Positions 1-9,789 of a DNA stretch of 64,000 nucleotides are shown here, piece after piece. The stretch is taken from contig SXPB01000216.1 in NCBI GenBank assembly GCA_005776475.1, positions 4,543 through 68,542 of the forward strand, written 5' to 3'. Made by a program: the position numbers and the translations under genes. Source of the stretch: Planctomycetia bacterium. GTDB taxonomy: Bacteria; Planctomycetota; UBA1135; UBA2386. Under the pieces are notes generated by a model. The model was not told the origin of the DNA. It ran no database searches and saw nothing but the letters and a program-made list of their open reading frames with translations. How positions within the stretch are numbered: position 1 is the stretch's first letter; every line of letters starts with the position of its first letter.

Positions 1-1065
1 CAGCAACGCGATGGCGCAACCGCCAAAGCCAGCGCCGGTGAGCCGCGCCCCGAACACACCATCGCAAGTGCGCGCCGCCGCGGTGATCACGTCGAGCTCG
101 TCGCAGCTGACTTCGTAGTCCCCCGACGCCGACGCGTGGCTCGCATTGAGACAGGCACCGAGCCGGACGTAGTCGTGCGCGCGCAGCGCCGCCGCCGCCG
201 TTCGCGTGCGCTCCATCTCGGTGACGACGTGCCGCGCGCGGCGGTAGCTCACGTCCCCCATCGCCGACCGGCTCTGCTCGACGTCGGCGATCGAATAGAG
301 CGCGAGGTGGGGCAGGTCGCGCACGTGCGTCCGCAACACTTCGTGGGCCGTGGCGCACTGCGCGACGCGTTCGTTGAAGCCGCTCTTCGCCAGCAGCCGC
401 GGCTTCTTGGTGTCGAGCACGAGCACCTCGCAGGCCGACGGATCGAACGGCACGTGCTCCCAGCGCGGTCCAGCGCAGTGCAGCAGCAACACCTGGCCAG
501 CGCGTGCCAGCGCCGACGCGAACTGATCCATGATGCCGCACCGCACGCCGACGAAACCGTTCTCGGCGCGGTGCGCCAACAACGCCAGCTGCTGGCGATC
601 GAGGCGGGTGCCGTGGATCGCATCGAGCGCCAGCGCGGTGACCACTTCGATCGCCGCCGACGACGACAGGCCGGACGCCATCGGCAGGTCGCCGGCGAAC
701 ACCGCTTCGAAGCCGGTGGAGTGGCCGGTGGCCTCGCGAAACCCCTGCCAGACGCCGAGTGGATACCCGCCCCAGCCGAACGCGGGGCGCGTGCGGGTCC
801 CGACCTGGCCCGCTTCGATGTCGACGGCGAGCTTCTGGTCGATGCTGCGCAGCCGGATGCGATCGTCGGTGCGCGGCCGGATCGCCAGGTAGATGCCGCG
901 ATCGACCGCCATCGGCAACACGTCGCCGCCGTTGTAGTCGAGATGCGCCCCCACCAGGTTGATGCGGCCAGGGGCGAAAAAGCGCCGGAACGGCGCCTCG
1001 CCGAAATCGGCACGGAAGCGCACAGTCAAGGCGTCGAGCAGTCGGGTTCCGGGCCGGTCGTTCAT
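1..1065 (-). CDS. galK: galactokinase (GHMP kinase); C-terminus lies outside the window
   Basis: Absent from the ORF track because it runs off the left edge. Manual minus-strand translation from ATG (cat at 1063-1065) gives MNDRPGTRLLDALTVRFRADFGEAPFRRFFAPGRINLVGAHLDYNGGDVLPMAV... Galactokinase/GHMP signatures present: GRINLVGAHLDYNGG, DLPMASGLSSSAA, CGIMDQ, and TGAGFGGCAIALL encoded by nt 48-1. Confidence 0.9.
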   Translation of the reverse strand, partial: MNDRPGTRLLDALTVRFRADFGEAPFRRFFAPGRINLVGAHLDYNGGDVLPMAVDRGIYLAIRPRTDDRIRLRSIDQKLAVDIEAGQVGTRTRPAFGWGGYPLGVWQGFREATGHSTGFEAVFAGDLPMASGLSSSAAIEVVTALALDAIHGTRLDRQQLALLAHRAENGFVGVRCGIMDQFASALARAGQVLLLHCAGPRWEHVPFDPSACEVLVLDTKKPRLLAKSGFNERVAQCATAHEVLRTHVRDLPHLALYSIADVEQSRSAMGDVSYRRARHVVTEMERTRTAAAALRAHDYVRLGACLNASHASASGDYEVSCDELDVITAAARTCDGVFGARLTGAGFGGCAIALL

Positions 1066-1277
1066 GCGGGCGTTGCCAAGGACGAGCAGCGCGCATCGGA
1101 CGCGGCCGACACGACGGACGCAAGCGCGCCGATGGCGGGGCGGGTGTCTCGATCCGGGTCGACCGGGCGATCGCGATCAAGGCCCCTGACGCTCCACCCG
1201 AAGCAGCCTTCGCCGCCTCGGAGTTACGGGCCGAGCACTCCGTGCTATAGGCTCGCGCAACTGCCGCGATCTGCCAA

Positions 1278-2354
1278 ATGCCGATGCCCACGTTCCACAC
1301 GTTCGTCGTTCCCGCCCTCCTCGGGCTGTGCTGCGCCCAGGACGCCGGCAAGCAAGTGCCGACGCCAGCGTCGGCCCCGCTGCAGGAGACGAAACCCCAC
1401 TTCGTCGTGCGGCGCTGGCCCCAGGACAAGGGTGCGACCATCGCGGTCGTCGGCGCGCGCACCATCACGCTCGCCGACCTGGTCGACCACATCGAGAAGC
1501 GGCACTACCCGCAATTCGGGCTGAAGCTGGAGAAGGGGCCGGAGATCCAGCGCCTGCTGACCAGTGACCTGATGCCGCCGTGGGTGCGCCACTTCGCCGA
1601 CATGGAAGCGCTGCGACAGACCTTCCGCGACGAACTCGCCGACGAGCAGAAGCTCGATGCCGCGATGAGCGCCGCCCTGAAGGGGCGCTTCCAGCAGTTC
1701 CTCGAGAACTACGTGAAGAGCAATCCGACGGTCGAGATGACGCAGCCCAAGGTCGACCAGCTGCTGACCACGTTCCAACTGCACAACGGCATCGCCTGCG
1801 AAATGCAGGGCATGCTCGACCTGCTCGAGAACAGCGACTACAGCCGGCCGCAGTTGCACGCGTTCTTCAACGCCAACCCGCGCTACTTCGGGGGCCAGGT
1901 CACGATCGCGCACATCCTGGTGCAACACCGCGACGCCGGCACCGGCATCCTGCTCAACGACGCCGGCATCGCCCGCGCGACCGAACGCCTCGCCACGATC
2001 AAAGGCAGCATCGCACCCGACGGCGTCAACTTCGAAGAACTGGCACGCTCGTGGTCGGAGGATCTGCGCACGGCCAAGGACGGCGGCGTCCTGCGCGGCC
2101 TGCACCGCTTCGACGACCGCATGCCGGCGGCACTGTGCAAAGCGGCGTGGGAACTGAAGGATGGCGAAGTCAGCGACGTGGTCGAAACGCAGTACGGCCT
2201 GCACCTGGTGCGCCGCCTCGATTTCCAGCAGAACGTGTTCATGCTGTTCACCGACGATGCGATGCCGGCGATCAAGACGGTGATGCAGCGGGCGATGCAG
2301 GAACGCAGGCTGATGGACGCGCGGCAGAAGGCCGGCGTCGCGCTCAAGATGTGA
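1278..2354 (+). CDS. exported peptidyl-prolyl cis-trans isomerase, parvulin (PpiC/SurA/PrsA-like) type
   Basis: Track ORF 1278..2354. Hydrophobic N-terminus MPMPTFHTFVVPALLGLCCAQ. C-terminal rotamase block GGQVTIAHILV...FEELARSWSEDLRTAKDGGVLRG...AAWELKDGEVSDVVETQYGLHLVRR. Confidence 0.8.
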   Translation: MPMPTFHTFVVPALLGLCCAQDAGKQVPTPASAPLQETKPHFVVRRWPQDKGATIAVVGARTITLADLVDHIEKRHYPQFGLKLEKGPEIQRLLTSDLMPPWVRHFADMEALRQTFRDELADEQKLDAAMSAALKGRFQQFLENYVKSNPTVEMTQPKVDQLLTTFQLHNGIACEMQGMLDLLENSDYSRPQLHAFFNANPRYFGGQVTIAHILVQHRDAGTGILLNDAGIARATERLATIKGSIAPDGVNFEELARSWSEDLRTAKDGGVLRGLHRFDDRMPAALCKAAWELKDGEVSDVVETQYGLHLVRRLDFQQNVFMLFTDDAMPAIKTVMQRAMQERRLMDARQKAGVALKM

Positions 2355-2360
2355 GCCGAC

Positions 2361-2633
2361 TCAGCGGCCGGCGGACCACCACAGCAACGCCCAGAACGGG
2401 TTGACGACCGTCCACAGGATCGCCCAGCGCCGGAACGACTGCTTCTGCGTCTTGTGCCGGAACCACGCCATCGCGACCCAGGCGCCGATCCAGCCGCACA
2501 GGAACAGCAGCCACAGCAGCGTCCGTTCCGGCACGCGGCGGCCCTGGCCGCGACTGCGCCATTTGTCGAAGCCGAAGACGGCGAGCGCCACGAGATTCAC
2601 GACAAGCACGAGGCCCCAGGCCAGATCGAACAT
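2361..2633 (-). CDS. DUF1294 family small membrane protein
   Basis: Track ORF. GFDKWRSRGQGRRVPERTLLWLLFLCGWIGAWVAMAWFRHKTQKQSFR matches the DK..A...RipE..L......GG..G......HKt.k..F pattern of DUF1294. Confidence 0.8.
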   Translation of the reverse strand: MFDLAWGLVLVVNLVALAVFGFDKWRSRGQGRRVPERTLLWLLFLCGWIGAWVAMAWFRHKTQKQSFRRWAILWTVVNPFWALLWWSAGR

Positions 2634-2700
2634 GCGGCGATGATGACGGCGCGGGCTCGGTGCGGCAACGCAGTCGCCACGCCGCTACGCTCGCCGCCCC

Positions 2701-3909
2701 ATGCAGGTCACCGCCCACGACGTCGCTGCCGCACACGACGCGATCCGCGCCCACATCCAACGTACGCCGACCGTCACCGCACCTCGCCTCGGCGAGATGC
2801 TCGGCCTGACGCTGTCGCTCAAGCTCGAGAACCTGCAGTTCACCGGTTCGTTCAAGGACCGCGGCAGCTGCCTCAAGCTGCAGCGCCTGGCGCAATCGTC
2901 CGAACCACCGGCAGGCGTCGCCGCCGCTTCGGCCGGCAACCACGCTCAAGGCGTCGCCTACCACGCCCGCCGGCTCGGCATCAAGGCCGTGATCGTGATG
3001 CCGCTGACGACGCCGTTCTCGAAGATCGAACGCACCGAGGGCCTGGGCGCCGAAGTGATCCTGCGCGGTGAGTCGGTGGCCGAATCGACGGTGCACGCGC
3101 AGGCGCTCGCCGCCGAGCGGCGCTTCGCGTTCGTGCATCCCTACGACGACCCGCTGATCGTCGCTGGCCAGGGCACGTGCGCGATCGAGATGCTGGCCGA
3201 CCGGCCGAGCCTCGACACCATCGTCGTGCCGATCGGCGGCGGCGGCCTGTGTGCCGGCATCGCGTTGTGGGCCAAACACCAGAAGCCGTGGCTGCGCATG
3301 ATCGGCGTGCAGATGGCGGGTTGCCCGTCGATGCTGGCGAAGGTGAAGGGCCTGCCGCCGCCCACGCTGCACACGCACACGCTGGCGGACGGCATCGCGG
3401 TGAAGACCCCCGGCGTGATCACCAGCGAGATCATCAAGGAACTGGTCGACGACATCCTGCTGGTCGACGAAGTCGACGTGGAGACCGCGGTGCACGTGCT
3501 CGCTTCGCAGCAGAAGGTGGTCGCCGAAGGTGCCGGCGCCGCCGGCTTCGCGGCGGTGATGCGGCACGCGGCCGCCTTCCACGGGCGCGACGTCGGCGTC
3601 GTGATCTGCGGCGGCAACATCGACCGGCGCATGCTGTCGACGGTGCTGCTGCGCGGCCTCAAGCGCGACGGCAAGGTCGCGAAGTTGCGCATCTCGATCA
3701 ACGACGTGCCCGGCGTGCTGGCACGGGTCACCCAGATGATCGGCGCGTCGGGCGCGGACGTCATCGACATCGAGCACCAGCGGTTGTTCACCGGCCTCGG
3801 CCCGCGGCAGGCGGAGCTCGACGTGGTCATGGAGACGCGCGGCAAGGCGCACGTCGACCAGATCCTGGCGACGCTGCAAGGCGCTGGTTTCGCCGCCCAG
3901 ACGTTGTGA
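2701..3909 (+). CDS. ilvA: threonine ammonia-lyase (threonine dehydratase), short form with one ACT-like regulatory domain
   Basis: Track ORF. PLP-lysine motif LQFTGSFKDRGS, SAGNHAQGVAYHA, glycine loop VPIGGGGLCAG. C-terminal ACT-like segment KVAKLRISINDVPGVLARVTQMIGASGADVIDIEH. Confidence 0.9.
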   Translation: MQVTAHDVAAAHDAIRAHIQRTPTVTAPRLGEMLGLTLSLKLENLQFTGSFKDRGSCLKLQRLAQSSEPPAGVAAASAGNHAQGVAYHARRLGIKAVIVMPLTTPFSKIERTEGLGAEVILRGESVAESTVHAQALAAERRFAFVHPYDDPLIVAGQGTCAIEMLADRPSLDTIVVPIGGGGLCAGIALWAKHQKPWLRMIGVQMAGCPSMLAKVKGLPPPTLHTHTLADGIAVKTPGVITSEIIKELVDDILLVDEVDVETAVHVLASQQKVVAEGAGAAGFAAVMRHAAAFHGRDVGVVICGGNIDRRMLSTVLLRGLKRDGKVAKLRISINDVPGVLARVTQMIGASGADVIDIEHQRLFTGLGPRQAELDVVMETRGKAHVDQILATLQGAGFAAQTL

Positions 3910-5882
3910 GCGCAGCGCTGCGCGAACGCCTGCGACGGCACGTGGCCACGCTGCTGTCGCCGACCGTGGCAGCTGCGTTGTTCGGCGATGCCGAGGCCTC
4001 GGTGCACGAACGGCCGGCCGCCGACGCGCCGTTGCCGACGAGCTTCGTCGCCCTCGCCGACCACTACCCGTCGCTGCTGGCGAACGACCGCCGCAAGGTC
4101 GCCGGCGCGTGGTTCACGCCCGACACGCTGGCGCAACCCACCGCCGACCGCACCCTCACGCCGCTGCTGCGCGAACGCGGCCCGGACCTGAGCATCGTCG
4201 ATCCGGCGGTCGGCGGCGGCACCTTCCTGCGCGCGGCCCTGCACACGCTGCGCGCCGCCGGTTTCACTCCGGCCCAGGCGCTGGGCTGCCTGCACGGCGT
4301 CGATCTCGACGCGACCGCGGCGGCGCTGGCCGCACTCGCACTGTGGGATGCGGCCGGCGACCGCGCCATCGATCCCCTCGCGATCGCCGCGCGCATCCGC
4401 CAGGGCGATGGGCTCGTCGACCTGACCGCGGCGACGTTCGACGCCGTGTTGACCAATCCACCGTGGGAGACGATGCAGTCCGGCCCGGACGCCGCTCCCC
4501 GCGTCCGCACGCTGCGGCCGCACTTCGTGCATCAGGGCCGCGGCAAGCTGTTCACCTACCGGTTGTTCGTCGAACGCGCGCACCAACTGCTGCGCACCGG
4601 CGGCCGGCTCGGGCTCATCGTGCCGGCGAGCTTGTGGTTCGACCGCGATGCCGAACCGCTGCGGCGCCTGCTGCTCGAGCAGTGCCGCTGGGAATGGCTG
4701 TTCGGCATGGAGAACCGGCGCAAGGTGTTCGCCATCGACGGCCGCTACCGCTTCGGTGTCGTCATCGCCGAAAAGGGCGGGCGCACCGACCAGGTGCGCG
4801 CCACGTTCGATCGGATCGATCCCGTCGAATGGGCGGCGGGCGCGCCACCGCACGTGGTCTGGACGCGGGCAGAACTGCAGTCGGTGAGCCCACGTTCCGG
4901 CGCCTTTGCGGCGATCGACGACCGGCGCGATCTCGAGTTGCTGCAGCGCATGCATCGCCACGGCCAGCCGCTGCTCGGCGACGGCGGTGCGTGCACGTGG
5001 CGACAGGGCGACTTCAACATGACTGCGGACCGGCAGCAGTTCGTGCTGCGCAGCCAGGCCGAAGGCGATGGCTACGTCGGCGGCGCGGATGGGGTTTGGC
5101 GTCGTCCCGGCCAACCGGACCTGCTCGCGCTGTGGCAGGGCGCGATGCTCTACGACCTCGAACCGAACACCGGGGCGCATGCGCGCGGGATCGGGCACGA
5201 AACGGTGTGGGAACGACCCGCGGACCGCTCGCGGCTGCGGCCGCTCTACCTGGTGGCGGCGGCACCGTGGCGCGCTTCGGCGTCGACGCGGTGTCGGGCC
5301 CGGGTTGCGCTGCGGGCGTTGTCGAACGCGACCAACGAACGCACGGCGATCGCGTGCCTGTTGCCGGACCTGCCGTGCGGCAATTCGCTCGGCGTGCTGG
5401 AGCCGCGCCTGCCTTCGGCGACACCGCTGCGCGATCTGGCGGTGATCGCGGCGGTGCTGTCGTCGCTGGTGTTCGACCACGCGCTGCGGCTGCGGCTGTC
5501 GGGGACGAACCTGAACGCGTTCGTGCTCGGCGATTGTGTGGTGCCGCGCCTCGATGCGGCGGCGAGCACGGAGCTGGCGCTCGCGGCACTGCGGCTGTGC
5601 GCGACCGTTCCCGCGTGTGCGGACTTGTGGGCGACCGCGCGCGACGAAGGTTGGGCGACCGCGGCAGCGCCGGCGCCGGTGATCGACGCCGCGGAGCGGC
5701 GCGACGTGTTCACGCGCATCGACGCCCTGGTCGGCAAGGCGTTCGGCCTGCGCCCCGACGACGTCGCCTGGATCACCCGCGACGATCCCACGAACGCGCG
5801 CGGCCTGTGGCGACTAGACCGCGACCTGCCGGCTGCGGAGCGCCGCCCCGCCCGCTGGCGCGCGGCAACTACAGGTAGGTGA
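3906..5882 (+). CDS. gamma-class N6-adenine (NPPW) DNA methyltransferase, Eco57I/TaqI-like architecture, no nuclease domain recognised
   Basis: C-terminal 658 codons of track ORF 3177..5882. Start taken at GTG 3906, which overlaps the ilvA stop (GTGA). Motif I IVDPAVGGGTFL, motif IV FDAVLTNPPWE, then RLFVERAHQLLRTGGRLGLIVPASLW. About 400 aa of C-terminal region remains unassigned (contains ALSNATNERTAIACLLP). Confidence 0.8.
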   Translation: MSAALRERLRRHVATLLSPTVAAALFGDAEASVHERPAADAPLPTSFVALADHYPSLLANDRRKVAGAWFTPDTLAQPTADRTLTPLLRERGPDLSIVDPAVGGGTFLRAALHTLRAAGFTPAQALGCLHGVDLDATAAALAALALWDAAGDRAIDPLAIAARIRQGDGLVDLTAATFDAVLTNPPWETMQSGPDAAPRVRTLRPHFVHQGRGKLFTYRLFVERAHQLLRTGGRLGLIVPASLWFDRDAEPLRRLLLEQCRWEWLFGMENRRKVFAIDGRYRFGVVIAEKGGRTDQVRATFDRIDPVEWAAGAPPHVVWTRAELQSVSPRSGAFAAIDDRRDLELLQRMHRHGQPLLGDGGACTWRQGDFNMTADRQQFVLRSQAEGDGYVGGADGVWRRPGQPDLLALWQGAMLYDLEPNTGAHARGIGHETVWERPADRSRLRPLYLVAAAPWRASASTRCRARVALRALSNATNERTAIACLLPDLPCGNSLGVLEPRLPSATPLRDLAVIAAVLSSLVFDHALRLRLSGTNLNAFVLGDCVVPRLDAAASTELALAALRLCATVPACADLWATARDEGWATAAAPAPVIDAAERRDVFTRIDALVGKAFGLRPDDVAWITRDDPTNARGLWRLDRDLPAAERRPARWRAATTGR

Positions 5883-7947
5883 ACGGCCGCGTCGTCTGGC
5901 AGCCGTTCGGGTTCGTGATGACGAACGTCGCCGGCCCCGGCACGCCCGCTGGCAGCGTGCCGAACATCACACTCGCGAACTGCGACGTCAGCGGCACCGG
6001 CACTCCGTTCAAGGTCACCGTCGTGCCGAGCAGGTTCGTCCCGACGAAGAAGATCTGCGTGCCGCCCGCCGACGGACCGTTCACCGGCGACGTCGAGATC
6101 GTCGGCGTTCCATTGATGACGCGCTGCGCGGTCGCGCTGCCGAGATTCTGCAACAGCAGCTGCGCATCACACGGCACGCCAGCGGGCATCGAGAACGACG
6201 CCTGCGTCGGCGTCAGCACGTTCATCGCCACGGGTATCCCGGCCACCGTGCCAGCGAGCCCCGCGAAGTAGTTCGTCCCGTTGACGATCACGCCTTGCCC
6301 GGGCGTCGGCGATGGCGGCGTGATGCTCGTGATCGTCGGCGCCGCCAACGGCCGCAGCCGCAACAGCACTGCGTTCGTCGCCACCAACGTCGCGAACGGA
6401 TCCACCACCATCACCCCCTGCAGCGTCACGTCGAGCAACGACGGCACTCCGGGGATCGGCAGCGACCACGGCGCGCCCGCCGCGAACACCACGCCACCGA
6501 GCCCGAACGAATCGGCGAGCAACAGCGACGGCGAATTGGCGAACGGGGCCGGCGTGAAACACAACGAACCGGCCCCGGGACCGAGCGGCACTTCCGTTGC
6601 CGGTGCGGGCGCGCCGACGTGCGCCCACAGCGCGAACATGCCCACCGGCGGCACCGGGGCGCCGCCCGCGGGCGGATCGAGCGACAGCGTGAACGGCTGC
6701 CCGAGTCCGACCGGCACCACGCGATCGGCACCGCCGCTGGCGTTGACGCGCAGAGCATCGAGCGTGCCGCCGAGACCATTGGTGATGGCGCCGGTGCCGC
6801 ACGGCCCGAACACATCGGTGACCGTGATCTGCGGTTGCGGCCAGATGCCGACGCGCCCGAACGCATCGTTCACCGCCACGTCGAGCAACGCGTTGCCGGC
6901 GTCGAAGTCGCCGCGCATCGTGAAGGTGTAGCTGCCGTTGGCCTGCGCCGTGACCGGCGAGAACACGATGCCGGTGACCGTGCTGCCGGCGCGCAGCCCG
7001 ACCGTGACCGGCAGCGTGTTGCCGAGTGCAGCGCCCGCCGCGTCGCGCAACCACACCGTGCCCGTGATCGTGTCCATGCCGTTCGCGCGCAACGTCGACG
7101 CGCTCATCGTCACCGTCGATTGGAAGTGGTCGGGCCGGCCGACCTGGTTCGCCTTCCACGCGGTGTAGAGCGTCTGCAGCTGCGCCACGGCGTCCGGCGC
7201 CGATGCCGGCTGGTTGGCGACATTGAGGTCCATCCAGTAGTTGCCGGCGCCGCATCCCGCGTTCGCGTTGCACGCCAGGTCCACATCGCTCGGGCGACTG
7301 AGGACCATCAGGCCGATGTGCGACGACTTCGTGAACGACGGCGGCGGCGAGCCACACGCCATGGGCGCGCCCGGATTGCACGAGCAGCGACCGTCGCCGC
7401 CGAACTGGCGCGCTGCCTGCATCGCCGCCATCAACTTGTCGCCGAGCGTGCCCGGCGTGTTCAGCAGCGCCTGTTCGGCTGCGGTGATGACCGGTTGGCC
7501 GGTGAGCACGTTGCCTTGGATCGCATAGACGAGCGAACCCGATTGTCCGGTGATGCCGCCCGCCCACGCGCCGGCCTGGTTGCCGGTGAAGGTGACGGTG
7601 CCGCCGACGAGGCTGGCGATGCCGTACTGGCGCGTCTGGTGGCTCGGATCCGCGGCAGCGAGCTGCTGCAGGATCTGCGCCGCCGACGTGCCGTTGAGCA
7701 TCCCGCTGCGAATGAGCTCCCGCAGCGACAGCGGGCCGACTAACGACTGCGCGCACGCAACCCCGAGCCCGGGCACGACGACGACCGTGTTGGGACGAAG
7801 GTCGAAGCCGGTCAGGCACGTCGCGATGCCGAGCGCAATCTCGCCAGTGGCGAGATTGACGATGACGATCGACCACGTCGCCAGCGCCGGTGAGGCGAGG
7901 GCCAGGAACGCGAACAGCAACGCAGCGAGCCAGCGCAGGGACGGCAT
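5869..7947 (-). CDS. secreted DUF1028 (Ntn-hydrolase fold) protein fused to Ig-like modules and two C-terminal IPT/TIG domains
   Basis: Track ORF 5869..8328 trimmed to ATG at 7947. Signal peptide MPSLRWLAALLFAFLALASPALA followed by TWSIVIVNLATGEIALGIATC (DUF1028 opens with T-F/W-S-I-V). C-terminus PTITSITPPSPTPGQGVIVNGTNYF... and PTISTSPVNGPSAGGTQIFFVGTNL...FTYL are IPT/TIG-like. Confidence 0.75.
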   Translation of the reverse strand: MPSLRWLAALLFAFLALASPALATWSIVIVNLATGEIALGIATCLTGFDLRPNTVVVVPGLGVACAQSLVGPLSLRELIRSGMLNGTSAAQILQQLAAADPSHQTRQYGIASLVGGTVTFTGNQAGAWAGGITGQSGSLVYAIQGNVLTGQPVITAAEQALLNTPGTLGDKLMAAMQAARQFGGDGRCSCNPGAPMACGSPPPSFTKSSHIGLMVLSRPSDVDLACNANAGCGAGNYWMDLNVANQPASAPDAVAQLQTLYTAWKANQVGRPDHFQSTVTMSASTLRANGMDTITGTVWLRDAAGAALGNTLPVTVGLRAGSTVTGIVFSPVTAQANGSYTFTMRGDFDAGNALLDVAVNDAFGRVGIWPQPQITVTDVFGPCGTGAITNGLGGTLDALRVNASGGADRVVPVGLGQPFTLSLDPPAGGAPVPPVGMFALWAHVGAPAPATEVPLGPGAGSLCFTPAPFANSPSLLLADSFGLGGVVFAAGAPWSLPIPGVPSLLDVTLQGVMVVDPFATLVATNAVLLRLRPLAAPTITSITPPSPTPGQGVIVNGTNYFAGLAGTVAGIPVAMNVLTPTQASFSMPAGVPCDAQLLLQNLGSATAQRVINGTPTISTSPVNGPSAGGTQIFFVGTNLLGTTVTLNGVPVPLTSQFASVMFGTLPAGVPGPATFVITNPNGCQTTRPFTYL

Positions 7948-7991
7948 GGGCAGCGGATTGTGGACGTTGCGCGCATTCCGTCCAGACCCGA

Positions 7992-9704
7992 TCAGGGCGT
8001 CCCGACAAACTGCCGCAACACCGCGGTGAGCCGACGCCTGGTGGCGAAGCTGTCGGTCCGGCCGATCGCATCGACCAGCACCGTTTGCAGCCCCGGCCCC
8101 ATGCTGGCGAGCCTCGGCATGGCCATCGCCGCGGCGGCATCGTCCTTGCCGAGTTCCATGACCAGCTCGAGCGCGACCTTGCCTTCCTCGGGAGAGAGCA
8201 GTGGCCCGGGGGCGGTGCGGCACGCGACCCGCTGCGAGAACGACTCCGCCCCGAACCGACCGGCGACGTTGCCGTGCAACTGCACTTCGAACCCGGTGAT
8301 CGCGCCGTGCGCATCGAGTGGCAACCACACCGTGAGTTCGTAGCGGGACTCACTCCGCAGGTCGTTCGGCCCGAAGCGACTCGCGGCAGCGGCCGTCTCG
8401 TGCAACACGAGGGCACCCGTCATCGCAATGCCGCGCCTGCCATCGCGCAACTCCAGCGTCGCCGCGAGTTCTCCCTTGGTCTCGACCTTGCGCGAGTGCA
8501 TCGCCCAGCCCCACGCCCCGCCGCCGCTGGCGTCGATCCAGCTCATTTCGGCCAGCGACTGCCCCACGACGGCGAGCGCCTCGGCGCGCACCGTCCACTT
8601 CGCACCCACTGCGATCGGCAACTCGGCGGGCAGCAGCGGCCGCAGTTCGCGCGGGCCGAACCGCCACACTGCCGTCGCCGCCAGCGGCAAGTCGTCGAGC
8701 GAGCGCCATTGCGAACGGCACTGCACGGTCGCTTCACCGCGCACCCTCTGCACGAACTGCTCATGCACCGGTACGAACGGCCACACGCCCTCGCCGGGCA
8801 CGGCCGGCGGCGCCCCCGCTGCGTGGTAGGCGCGGTAATGCGCGACGTACTGCTGCATGCCTTCGGGGGTCGACGCGTACTTCGCATCGGCCAGCGGGGC
8901 AGGCAGCACCGCCTGCAACGTCATCACCAGCGAGAGCGCGGTCCCTGGCGGCGCCCCTGTGTCCAAGCGCGACAGCAGGTCGAACACGTAGCGCAGCAGC
9001 CGCGCGCGCGGCACCGGCGCCAGCACCGGCACCTGCGCGACGATGCCCGTGGCGTGCAACAGATCCTGTTCGCGGCTCGCGTCGGGCGCCAGCCGCGCGA
9101 TCTCGATCGCACGATCGACGTAGCCATCCATCGCGAGGTAACGCGCCAAGGCCTGCAGGCAGTACGCACGAACCTGCGGCGTCGCATCGGCCAACGCCAA
9201 CCGATCGATGCGTTCCAGACTCGGATCGAGGACTGCGGCCGCCACCTCGGTTCCCCAATGCGGGAGCAACGCATCGATCGCGCGGTAGCGCCAGCTGCCC
9301 GCCGACTCGTCGTCGAGGATCTGCCACAGCACGCGTGCCGCGGCTTCGTCGACAGGCTGCTGCACGTGGCGATCCCACACGCAGTGCAGCGTGCCGAACG
9401 CCCGCACGTGGTCGGCCAATCGCGGTTCCAACCACGGCTCCTTCGTCGCCCAGCCCATTCCGAACTCGAAGAACTTCTCGCGGCCGAGCTCGCGCGCGAG
9501 CTCCAGCCCGCACTTCGCGAAGTCCGCCGCCGTGAGGAACGCATACAACTCGCCGAGCCGCTGCGGCGTGGTGCCTTCGGCCACGGCCTCGGCGACGGCG
9601 GCCGCCGGATCGAGCACTTTGCCTTCGCCCTGCGCCCACCCAGGCGGTGCGAACGCAGCCAGGCTGGCAAGAACGGCAGCGAAGTCGGCACGGAACGTCA
9701 GCAT
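7992..9704 (-). CDS. exported hypothetical protein (570 aa)
   Basis: Track ORF 7992..9836 trimmed to ATG at 9704, giving signal-like MLTFRADFAAVLASLAAFAPPGWAQ. Balanced amino-acid composition (W/F/Y/K/E present), unlike shadow ORFs. No motif recognised. Confidence 0.6.
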   Translation of the reverse strand: MLTFRADFAAVLASLAAFAPPGWAQGEGKVLDPAAAVAEAVAEGTTPQRLGELYAFLTAADFAKCGLELARELGREKFFEFGMGWATKEPWLEPRLADHVRAFGTLHCVWDRHVQQPVDEAAARVLWQILDDESAGSWRYRAIDALLPHWGTEVAAAVLDPSLERIDRLALADATPQVRAYCLQALARYLAMDGYVDRAIEIARLAPDASREQDLLHATGIVAQVPVLAPVPRARLLRYVFDLLSRLDTGAPPGTALSLVMTLQAVLPAPLADAKYASTPEGMQQYVAHYRAYHAAGAPPAVPGEGVWPFVPVHEQFVQRVRGEATVQCRSQWRSLDDLPLAATAVWRFGPRELRPLLPAELPIAVGAKWTVRAEALAVVGQSLAEMSWIDASGGGAWGWAMHSRKVETKGELAATLELRDGRRGIAMTGALVLHETAAAASRFGPNDLRSESRYELTVWLPLDAHGAITGFEVQLHGNVAGRFGAESFSQRVACRTAPGPLLSPEEGKVALELVMELGKDDAAAAMAMPRLASMGPGLQTVLVDAIGRTDSFATRRRLTAVLRQFVGTP

Positions 9705-9789
9705 GGTCGCGGTACTCCCGCCATCGGCGCCGGTAACCCGATCGCGCGTCAGCCCTGTGTCAGCACTTCGCCAACTCTGGTCAACGCGT

